Positions 56,319 to 64,000 of a stretch of DNA of 64,000 nucleotides are shown piece by piece (the stretch's first letter is position 1; each line of letters begins with the position of its first letter). The notes under the pieces were generated by a model, which saw nothing but the letters and a program-made list of their open reading frames with translations, searched no databases and was not told the DNA's origin. The DNA comes from an uncultured virus (IMG/VR IMGVR_UViG_3300047471_001174) (lineage: Duplodnaviria; Heunggongvirae; Uroviricota; Caudoviricetes). The stretch is from IMG/VR virus record IMGVR_UViG_3300047471_001174, one strand, 5' to 3'. Position numbers and translations under genes: made by a program.

Positions 56319-57181
56319 AGTTCAATGATCTCCGTGGCAGATGGGGCAATGGACCAGATGCGTTCACGAATGAACAGCACGTTCGAATCTCTCGCGTACC
56401 GGATCACGAGCCCGCCAAACTGAGGGGTACTGATTCGGCCGCCAGGAATTTTCCACACGAACGGCGTCTTGCCCTGCCAACAGGCAGTCACAACAGCACG
56501 AGCTTTGCCGTTGTGCGTGGGAATGTTCGTCTCGATTGCTCGATGACGGTGGCTGCGAACGATGATGTCTGGTGGGCGTCGTCCCCATCGTCCAGCCTCA
56601 GTGAACGACTCGACAAGCTCCTTGTGGATGGCCGTCGACTCGTACGCCTGACTACCTGTCGTCCCAATGTGGTGCAACAGGTGAACCAGCCCGGTGCCGA
56701 CCATCGTCCACAGGTCGTATCGAGCGAACAGGCCGTCCTCGTTGGGAATTGCCCCCAACGCCTTGGCCACTTCTTCTTCCTTCTCCGCAGACTTCCCCAC
56801 ATGGGCCTCAGTCCCGCGGATGTGGTAGTAACGCCCATCACAGCCATCGACGATCGGTCTCATCAGATCAATTGCCATCTGAGCCTGTGTGGCCAGATTG
56901 TGCGTGATCTGCGTCGTCGAGTTGTGATGGACACCGTCAATGCAATCGCCGTTGTGAACAACGGCGTACGGTTCGCCATGAGTCGCGTCGGGCACGTGCT
57001 GGCCCCAGAACTCGTCCCAGTGGCCTTTGATGATCTTCTGCAGTGGTGATGGATGGACAACATTTGCCTGGTCAAGTTTGACCGGGCCTGGCATGATCGC
57101 CAGCCCACACCCGCAGTGCGTGTCGCTGATGACGACCAGATTGTTAATCGGTTGTTTCTTACTGGCTCGCTTTTTTGGCAT
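56315..57181 (-). CDS. Calcineurin-like metallophosphoesterase
   Basis: ISDTH, NGDCID, RGTEAH, LHH, SHRH motifs. Confidence 0.85.
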   Translation of the reverse strand: MPKKRASKKQPINNLVVISDTHCGCGLAIMPGPVKLDQANVVHPSPLQKIIKGHWDEFWGQHVPDATHGEPYAVVHNGDCIDGVHHNSTTQITHNLATQAQMAIDLMRPIVDGCDGRYYHIRGTEAHVGKSAEKEEEVAKALGAIPNEDGLFARYDLWTMVGTGLVHLLHHIGTTGSQAYESTAIHKELVESFTEAGRWGRRPPDIIVRSHRHRAIETNIPTHNGKARAVVTACWQGKTPFVWKIPGGRISTPQFGGLVIRYARDSNVLFIRERIWSIAPSATEIIEL

Positions 57182-57197
57182 TTACCGTTCCCTCGGG

Positions 57198-57392
57198 TTA
57201 GGTTTCGACTGTTGAAATTCCGTCAGCTTCTCCAGCCTGATCGTCATCACCGTCATCGATTGAACCGTCGGTCAGGGGGCCGGCAGTTAGAACTTGGAGA
57301 GACTTGTCGGCATCCTCCGACGATCGTTTACCCTTCCGTGATTGCGATTTAACCGGGAGTCTTCGCAGTTCGTCCTTGAGCTTGCGTGGCAT
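57198..57392 (-). CDS. Small protein with basic N-terminus and acidic C-terminus
   Basis: Fills the gap; GGAAGG RBS. Confidence 0.5.
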   Translation of the reverse strand: MPRKLKDELRRLPVKSQSRKGKRSSEDADKSLQVLTAGPLTDGSIDDGDDDQAGEADGISTVET

Positions 57393-57441
57393 TTTTGCCT
57401 TCCTGGTCCATGTAAGAAAAACGTACTTAAACTTCTGACAT

Positions 57442-57819
57442 CTAAACTTTCTTCGCCGGTCGTTTTGTTCTTTTTCGTTTCGTCCTTTTCTGTTCTGGAA
57501 TCCACTTCTGTAAATCGAACAGATCCGGTCGGGTTTCTTCGAAATGCATCAGAGTGAACAAACCCCAAGTCGCATGCGCCAAGTGGTCTTCAGTCTTGTC
57601 CCCCGATCGCCACTGATCGATATGCTTCATCAGGTGATTCAGCAGGTCGCTGGCCGGAAATCCTTTCAGCCAGTTACCCACACCATATTTCTCTGCTCCC
57701 TCTGCGTATGTCTCGGCCAGTCGTCGTAGGCCAATCGGTGAAACCAGATCGTATCTCACTCCCGCCGCATCTGAACTCCGCACTGCACCCGTTTTGAACT
57801 TCATTCTCTTTGACGTCAC
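57442..57819 (-). CDS. dATP/dGTP diphosphohydrolase N-terminal domain-like protein (DUF5664-type)
   Basis: RYDLV...GAEKY...NW.KG...H...W..G...DHLAHA.W pattern. Confidence 0.75.
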   Translation of the reverse strand: MTSKRMKFKTGAVRSSDAAGVRYDLVSPIGLRRLAETYAEGAEKYGVGNWLKGFPASDLLNHLMKHIDQWRSGDKTEDHLAHATWGLFTLMHFEETRPDLFDLQKWIPEQKRTKRKRTKRPAKKV

Positions 57820-58313
57820 GGCTTCATTGCCTTTCCGTTTCGACGAACAAAAAATTCGTCATCATGAGTAAACAATCTTTCAGTAACGAAGCGAAGTTCA
57901 ACCCCCGCCTCACGCATCATGCCATCAGCTCTCGCGATGATGTCACCCCACGTACCGTTGTCAGCGTCAGCCGGTCGGTGGGTCACCAGCAGTTTGATGC
58001 CGGCCTGGATGATCGCTCGGGCACAATTAGCGCACGAGGCCCAGGCCGCGTACATCACCAGGTCACTGGTCTTAATCCCCAGTCTCGCGCACTCATAAAT
58101 CGAGTTGCGTTCCGCGCACTCGACGTACTCATACTTGAGTGGGCGTTCCCACCTGTCAGCCGATACGACGACTCCGGGGGGAAATTTGTTCACAGCTTGG
58201 CAAACCACATCGCCGCCAGGTTCAACCAGCAGCGCTGCGTTTTGCGTGCGGGGGTCAGGTGATTGATCGCGAGCCAGAAGATACGCCTGTACTAGATATT
58301 CGGCGTCAGTCAT
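57816..58313 (-). CDS. dCMP deaminase family protein
   Basis: SPDP.TQ..A; ERPLKY...CAERN; SCANCARAIIQAGIK. Confidence 0.85.
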   Translation of the reverse strand: MTDAEYLVQAYLLARDQSPDPRTQNAALLVEPGGDVVCQAVNKFPPGVVVSADRWERPLKYEYVECAERNSIYECARLGIKTSDLVMYAAWASCANCARAIIQAGIKLLVTHRPADADNGTWGDIIARADGMMREAGVELRFVTERLFTHDDEFFVRRNGKAMKP

Positions 58314-58449
58314 CGCATACCAGCCCTTCTAGGTTGTCAGCCACCCAGCAAATAGACCATATCAAGGGCTGATCCCATAGACGAAATTCCAAATAATCGG
58401 GAGGAATTTTCGGGGCTGGCTGTAATTCACGGCAGGCTTCGGACTTACG

Positions 58450-59022
58450 TCATTTAGATAATTGTCGCTGTCTGTAATAATTGCGGTGATATTGGTTGTG
58501 ACATTGTCGGCAACGGCAACTTACGCCATTCCAACTAGCCTTGTCCGTGTAGAACTCACATTTCAATTTGTACTGGACACAGCTAGGGCACCACGCGTGG
58601 CCGGCCGGAGCGTGTACGTTTTTATTACGTTTTTGCTTTTTGGCGTTTTCAACCCGAGAAATGATCTGAAGATTTCCGATCGCGTAATGCCCGTCTTCTT
58701 TTCGATCCACAGAAGCCGATTCAATCAGATTTCCATCAGTAACCCATGCGGTATAAGCCGGAACAGCCCAGGTCATGAATTCGTCGCGAGTCATCCGGAG
58801 TTCAACACCAACATACGTCTTATTTTTCCCGTACGGGTTTCTGACACGATACTTGATCAAATTCCAAGCTTTAACCGCTCGGCCGTGGGGGGTTTTTGCG
58901 AAAGCTTGTTGCTTGATGCTGTCACAATCTTTGCAATGATGATTAAGCCCAGCGCCTTTTTTACCGTACGCGCTAGTCGCTTTCAATTTACCGCAGTATG
59001 TGCAAATTTTGCGTCGAGTCAT
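58450..59022 (-). CDS. Free-standing HNH/His-Me-finger-like homing endonuclease with terminal Zn ribbons
   Basis: CxxC pairs at both ends; SVDRKEDGHYAIGNLQIISRVEN core; visibly more AT-rich than its flanks. Confidence 0.65.
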   Translation of the reverse strand: MTRRKICTYCGKLKATSAYGKKGAGLNHHCKDCDSIKQQAFAKTPHGRAVKAWNLIKYRVRNPYGKNKTYVGVELRMTRDEFMTWAVPAYTAWVTDGNLIESASVDRKEDGHYAIGNLQIISRVENAKKQKRNKNVHAPAGHAWCPSCVQYKLKCEFYTDKASWNGVSCRCRQCHNQYHRNYYRQRQLSK

Positions 59023-59034
59023 ACAACTCCCCCC

Positions 59035-62000
59035 TCAATGGAGAATTGTCACCGAATCCTGCACGGTCAACTCTCCGCGTCGATAAGCGGCAATAGCGTC
59101 TTGCTTATTGCGAAATGTGATACTTCGACCAATTCTATCCGGTCTGGTTGATTCGAACAATCCCATTAGCATTTCGTGCCGTGGCATGAACATGGGCGTT
59201 CGAAAGTCGGCCGGGCTGATCAAATTGCGAGACGGCAGCATTCGCTCGACAGCGTCCTGCACTTCCGCATCACTCACAGGCACATGGTAGTTCATCTGAT
59301 CGCCATCAAAGTCCGCACCAAATCCAACCGTCACCAGCGGTGACAAGTGAACGGCGTTACCTTTCACCAGCTGCGGCCAAGCGGCCATGATCCCGTACTT
59401 ATGATGGATGGGCGCCCGGCTGTAGATAACTGGTCGCGTCTCCAGCTCATCAAGCAGGGCTTTCTTCGCCAGCGGGGTCTGATCCTTGTGAGCCTGCAGG
59501 GCATTCGTCAACGGCATGCCTTGGCGTTTAAGGCGACGGACTATGAAGTTTTTGTAGACGGTCCAGGCTCGTTCTTCGGGAAGTCCAATGGAATCCATGT
59601 CGAGGTCGGCGTTGGGCTGTACAGTGGCACGCCCAACAATATCCACAGGGGTACTGAGTAATCGGGACTGGACTGAGCCCCACTTGGGACTACTTCCGAA
59701 GATCCCGGCAAGCAGGCCTTTGACTCCCTTCTCGACCAGTTTCGGATGGCTTGGGTCGCCCAGGCCAGTGACTGCTTTGAACGAGTTATATAACGCAAGG
59801 CGTTCTTGACCCACGTTTTCACCCACCACCCCCTTCAGCTTCTTGAGCGTCGTATTCGCGTCAATCAGCTCTTTGTAAAGGTAATTGGCATCGGAAATAA
59901 TTGGTTGGCCCGAATCGGAAATCTTCGCCACCTGACGAAAGAGGGGGGGAAGAATTGGTGCTTTGTCGAGCATCCAGTCTGACGGGTGGATCCCCAGCGA
60001 CTTGGCTGCTTTGAGATACCCTAGTTTGCGAACGGCCACATCACGGGCTGTTTTCTTGCCCGACTTGATCTGCATCCTGGCGAGCAAAAGCTCCTTGTCC
60101 AGATTGATCCCCTGCAGGGCTTTGAACAGAGCTTGCGGTCCTGTACCGTGCGAACCGATCGATTCAGTCCCAGCCAGAACCCCTTCGAATTTGTTCTTAG
60201 TCAGGGCCAGCAGTTTACGTATAGGCTCTTCCATCACCGGATTGGGCATCGGGTCGGCCAGCGTTACGTGCGACCATCGGCGGCCCATATGCCCGCCAGT
60301 CAAAGCTGGATCGAACAAGCCGCCGGCCACCGGGCTCAGATCACCGTCAAAGTTGACCGTGTTCCCATTTTGCAATTCGCGGCCGCCCGACAACTGGTCA
60401 ATGTCCTTGTTCGTCAAGGCCATGACGTTCATGCTGGCCCCGTTGCGAACTGGGTTGATCCCAGCAGCTTTCAATTCGTTGATGAATTCCTCGTAAACAA
60501 GCGGGATACCGGGCTCGGGCGGGCGGTGCCCCTGCATGAAGGCCAGCCAATATGGTTCGTTTCGCTGGCCTCGTAACAATTGCGAATCACGCAGCAGATT
60601 CAACGCACCGTGAGACAACAGGGCATTCGTTTCCCCCATGGACAGCTTCTTACTTGACTCACCGTCACCACCCTTGGCCGGTACACCGCTGAGTGTGTAA
60701 CCACCCGAGGCACCGCGACCCTGTTCTTTGTCTTCGGCGATATGGTGCAGCTTCATGATCCACTGCACGCCAGTCTTCACGCCGGGGATGTATCTGTTGG
60801 TACCTGGGTCGAAGACCGTCTCTGTGTCGGGTACGCCATGCTTCTGGGCTTCCTGTTCGACGAAGGCTCGCAGGTCGGCAATGTTCGAAAAATCCTCAAT
60901 TTTGTACGGCTTGCCAGTCTTTTCCGCAATCTTGCCGAGTGTGGCTTCGTGGATCTTCACCGGATTGAGTCGCGACGGGATACCAGCCGGATTCAGTAAC
61001 ATGTCGAATGGGCGACCCGTGCTGTCACGCGGCATCAAGTCGTCCGACAGAATCTTGCCGATAACACCCTTGGCGCCGAATCGGTCACTCAACTTGTCTG
61101 ACTCCTGTGTCGACCGCATAGACGTCACAGTGACCATCGGTCCTTTGTCTGTCTTCACTACGTCGCGGACGATACCGGGTGAGTTGTACGACCAGGTCAC
61201 CGACGCGTCGGTGTGCTGTAGCTGGCCCTTGCGATGCACTTTGCTTTGCGAGTGCTCTCGCCCCTTTGCCAGCAGAATGAGTGGGTGGCCGTAATCAACA
61301 ACCGTGCCCGGCTTGACGACCCCATCCTCGTCGATCGTGTCCAACTGCTTTCGGTCAAACTTCGACGGGAACAGCGACACGTATGGCGCTTTGCCTTTCT
61401 TATCGAGTGCGTCACCCCAGGTCGCGTCGTGCTGGTACAAATGTTCTGATCGCAGTTTCTTGGCGAAGCTCTCCGACACCAGCTGGGCGTCTTCGTAGGT
61501 GCCGGCTCCATACGGCATGTATCCGATGTAGGCGTTCTTGCCGATCGCGATTGCCCCGTTGTCGTTGGTGAAGTTGGACTTAGCCAGAAGATCGTCCGGA
61601 CCGACACGCTGGCCCGGTTGCACCATTGGCGTATTGTGCAGTCGGCTACGGCGATTGAACGGAAACGAGTCATACAACTCGTAGTTCTGCGTCGTTCCGT
61701 CGTCGTGCTTGACCGTGATGGCTTCCGGCGATACGGCAGTGACCTGACCACCCTGCTTGGCTCGCACGGCACCCATGAATCCACCGAAGTGTTCGTCAAA
61801 ACTCTTCTGCCCGCCCGTTCCCGGAACAGCCGACTGAACGAATGGGGCTTCGGGGTTCTCGAGCGGCAGGGCTTGCGTCAACATACGGGCACCCATCACT
61901 GCCCGCTGGCCCTTCAAAGCCGACTTCATCGGCACCAGATTGGTGACGTCGCTGAAGACGTGTTCGAAATGCGGCAGCTCGTATTTGACATCGGCTTTGG

Positions 62001-63453
62001 ACACATACTGCAGCTTACCATTCAACATGGCTATGATTCGTTTGCCCGGTTTGGCCATTTCACCCGGGAAGGCGATGGCTGAATCAGCCACGTCCTGCGG
62101 GGTACGCCACTCGAGTTGCCCCGTGTGCAGATTGGTGAATTGTTTGGCGAGCTGCCCATCAGCCTTACGACGGACCTGTCCGGCGATATTCAGAATAACG
62201 CCAGCCGCCTCGCTTTCGGGCGTCTTCAGTGGATCCATGAATCCGAGATGGCTTGGCTGTACGGCTCGGGACTCCAACGGAATGGCTGTCGTGCTTGGTA
62301 GTCCACCGACACCCATGCTGGTGATCGTTGACATCTTGTCCAGCAGTTCGAGCGGTGATGTTTCCTCAAGACCCGTACCGACACCGCTGGTGAGGATGAC
62401 CGAGTTCAATTGCTTCTGGAACGGTCGGGAACCAATGCCCTGCAGATTGCCACGCTGACTGGCTTTGAACAACAGCTGACGGCGAATGTTGCCAGCATCG
62501 CGACGAATCCGTTCCGAGAACAAATCCTCGGGCGCCATGATTTTCTGGTAGGCCAGGTGGTCACGATCGTCGGGCTCAACTTCGCCCTTTTGCAATTGAA
62601 GCAGTTTCTGTGTCGTTCGAAGAATGGTCTCCGGTCCGACATTGGTAAATGGGTGCCCGAGCGTTCGTTTAGTGACTTCCGGATCGAGCTCCATGGCCTG
62701 AAAGGCATTTACCAGTTGCTCAGTCGTGTGCGCCTCGGTCTGATTCTCGGGGATCCGCGGGAGAAATTTCCCGGCCAGTTTCTTTACGTCAGCCGGATCG
62801 TTATGCGTCAAGTTGGTCGCGGCCAACTCGGGGCCCCAGGCGTCACGCAATTGATGGTGGGTCACGCCCATTGCGGTGAGCAACGACACTAGCGGCGTCT
62901 TGGACTGGGCTACGCGAATGTAGAACACGCCTTTGTCAGGATCTAGAAAGTAGCGGTGGCTCAGCCCCTTCCCAGGCATAACGTTCGTGTGGGCTTCAAT
63001 CTCGCCGTTGCCTCGAATACGGGTAAAGACACCAGGCAACAACCGCATCTGATTTCGAACGGCGTATTCAGTCCCATTGTGGATGAACGTACCACGGTCC
63101 GTCCGGTAAGGCACGTTAGCCAGTGTCACCCGTTTCTGGTCGACCAGCTGGCCTGTGACGTTATCCAGAAGCTGGAATGTGCCTTTCAGCGTCCGGCCAA
63201 GCGTGTCACCTGTCAGAATGGCTTTCTTCTGGTCCTTTAGAGAATACTCGTCCGGGCCAGAATAGTGGACGTCGGTCAGCTTTAACGTGTGCTTGGAGTT
63301 CGCCAGGGGCTCCAGGCCTTGCGCAGCCGTCAAGGTGTGGTCAAACAGCCTTTGACGCGCTTTGGACATGTCTGTGAGGCTGTCAGGCTCATCCTCGTGG
63401 GCCGCAGGGCGCATCGGCTGGAGCAGGCTGCCGGAGCCAGACAGGATTGACAT
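59035..63453 (-). CDS. Multisubunit RNA polymerase, fused beta plus beta' N-terminal half
   Basis: Beta motifs: GTFIHNG, HLGFMDPLKTPE, RAVMGARM, YEDA, DKLSDRFGAKGV, LNPAGIPSR, KLHH..EDK. Beta' motifs: GLFD, LPP..R, RAPIHH and catalytic GADFDGDQM at 59296-59319. Confidence 0.95.
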   Translation of the reverse strand: MSILSGSGSLLQPMRPAAHEDEPDSLTDMSKARQRLFDHTLTAAQGLEPLANSKHTLKLTDVHYSGPDEYSLKDQKKAILTGDTLGRTLKGTFQLLDNVTGQLVDQKRVTLANVPYRTDRGTFIHNGTEYAVRNQMRLLPGVFTRIRGNGEIEAHTNVMPGKGLSHRYFLDPDKGVFYIRVAQSKTPLVSLLTAMGVTHHQLRDAWGPELAATNLTHNDPADVKKLAGKFLPRIPENQTEAHTTEQLVNAFQAMELDPEVTKRTLGHPFTNVGPETILRTTQKLLQLQKGEVEPDDRDHLAYQKIMAPEDLFSERIRRDAGNIRRQLLFKASQRGNLQGIGSRPFQKQLNSVILTSGVGTGLEETSPLELLDKMSTITSMGVGGLPSTTAIPLESRAVQPSHLGFMDPLKTPESEAAGVILNIAGQVRRKADGQLAKQFTNLHTGQLEWRTPQDVADSAIAFPGEMAKPGKRIIAMLNGKLQYVSKADVKYELPHFEHVFSDVTNLVPMKSALKGQRAVMGARMLTQALPLENPEAPFVQSAVPGTGGQKSFDEHFGGFMGAVRAKQGGQVTAVSPEAITVKHDDGTTQNYELYDSFPFNRRSRLHNTPMVQPGQRVGPDDLLAKSNFTNDNGAIAIGKNAYIGYMPYGAGTYEDAQLVSESFAKKLRSEHLYQHDATWGDALDKKGKAPYVSLFPSKFDRKQLDTIDEDGVVKPGTVVDYGHPLILLAKGREHSQSKVHRKGQLQHTDASVTWSYNSPGIVRDVVKTDKGPMVTVTSMRSTQESDKLSDRFGAKGVIGKILSDDLMPRDSTGRPFDMLLNPAGIPSRLNPVKIHEATLGKIAEKTGKPYKIEDFSNIADLRAFVEQEAQKHGVPDTETVFDPGTNRYIPGVKTGVQWIMKLHHIAEDKEQGRGASGGYTLSGVPAKGGDGESSKKLSMGETNALLSHGALNLLRDSQLLRGQRNEPYWLAFMQGHRPPEPGIPLVYEEFINELKAAGINPVRNGASMNVMALTNKDIDQLSGGRELQNGNTVNFDGDLSPVAGGLFDPALTGGHMGRRWSHVTLADPMPNPVMEEPIRKLLALTKNKFEGVLAGTESIGSHGTGPQALFKALQGINLDKELLLARMQIKSGKKTARDVAVRKLGYLKAAKSLGIHPSDWMLDKAPILPPLFRQVAKISDSGQPIISDANYLYKELIDANTTLKKLKGVVGENVGQERLALYNSFKAVTGLGDPSHPKLVEKGVKGLLAGIFGSSPKWGSVQSRLLSTPVDIVGRATVQPNADLDMDSIGLPEERAWTVYKNFIVRRLKRQGMPLTNALQAHKDQTPLAKKALLDELETRPVIYSRAPIHHKYGIMAAWPQLVKGNAVHLSPLVTVGFGADFDGDQMNYHVPVSDAEVQDAVERMLPSRNLISPADFRTPMFMPRHEMLMGLFESTRPDRIGRSITFRNKQDAIAAYRRGELTVQDSVTILH

Positions 63454-63468
63454 GGTAAGATGGGCTAA

Positions 63469-64000
63469 TTAGCCCTCCGGGGTGGCGACCAGGAACGGAG
63501 CCGTTGAAACCTGGCGACGTCTCTGGCGTTCTTTCTCGGCCAGATCCAGTCGGTTCGCCTCACTCTGGCTCTTGGCCACACTGTACCCGAGATGGCCGCC
63601 GATGGCCGCCGTAAGGGCGGCGACGGTTGCAGCAGTGCCGGCCCCGAAGGTTGGCCAGTTGGCCTGCTTCTGCCAGATGTCGAAGATTTCATCCAGTTGC
63701 TGTGACAGCTTGGACGCCTTGTCATCCGCCCGTTTGCCTGTACCAATCGGCTGATGGCTCAAAGCCGATTCAAAATCTGACTTGGCCGAATCGACTTCTT
63801 CCTGCAGCCCTTTGTGCCGTTGTTTGTTGAGCAGGTAGTCCATCAATTTGTAACCACCGAAAGTGGCCCCAACAGCACCAGTCGCATGCAGCGGCATGGC
63901 CCACCAGGTGTTCTTGTACGGTTCGAGTACGGCGATTTTTTCTTCTCGCTGAGGTCTTGTCGGCACCTTGAAAGGCAGGACGTTGGCTGCGGCAGACGAC
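63469..64000 (-). CDS. Putative internal head protein with K-x-A motifs and hydrophobic helices (5' end outside the window)
   Basis: Frame is open to the window edge; EKIA, GKRA, QKQA; GAVGATFGGY and AALTAAIGG segments. Confidence 0.65.
   Translation of the reverse strand, partial: SSAAANVLPFKVPTRPQREEKIAVLEPYKNTWWAMPLHATGAVGATFGGYKLMDYLLNKQRHKGLQEEVDSAKSDFESALSHQPIGTGKRADDKASKLSQQLDEIFDIWQKQANWPTFGAGTAATVAALTAAIGGHLGYSVAKSQSEANRLDLAEKERQRRRQVSTAPFLVATPEG

Noticed and set aside
59035..63453. Cellular rpoB/rpoC operon
   Set aside because: Highly diverged and shortened, differently split, with no ribosomal protein neighbours and in phage context; gene symbols withheld.
1..64000. Alternative genetic code
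   Set aside because: Long genes are intact under the standard code, and TAA, TAG and TGA all act as stops at tight gene junctions.

Overview
This window is part of a large contractile-tailed (myovirus-like) phage genome. Essentially all credible genes are on the minus strand, packed head to tail with overlapping stop/start codons. In transcription order (right to left) it encodes: (1) a fused beta/beta'-N multisubunit RNA polymerase subunit with the catalytic DFDGD motif; (2) an HNH-like nuclease and nucleotide-metabolism genes; (3) an island of small non-structural genes, including an RNAP alpha-CTD-like protein; (4) one long ORF joining the RNAP beta' C-terminal half to a LigD-type 3'-phosphoesterase and an ATP-dependent DNA ligase; (5) putative internal head proteins, an intein-containing prohead protease, scaffold, decoration and major capsid proteins; (6) a second small-gene island; (7) glycosyltransferases and collagen-like, Cys-rich and beta-helix fibre/spike proteins; (8) neck, sheath, tube, spike, tail chaperone (predicted -1 frameshift), tape measure and baseplate genes, with a class 3 lipase and a sigma-70-family factor embedded among them. 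The strongest leads are the RNAP-phosphoesterase-ligase polyprotein, whose domain junctions carry a K-x-A/S motif that recurs through the head proteins (candidate protease maturation sites, suggesting a packaged transcription and DNA-end-repair kit); five copies of an 18-bp AT-rich palindrome at gene junctions; a shared promoter/RBS/terminator pattern bracketing both small-gene islands; and a 15-residue peptide conserved between two unrelated tail proteins. All product calls come from motifs read by eye and gene order. No database searches were run.
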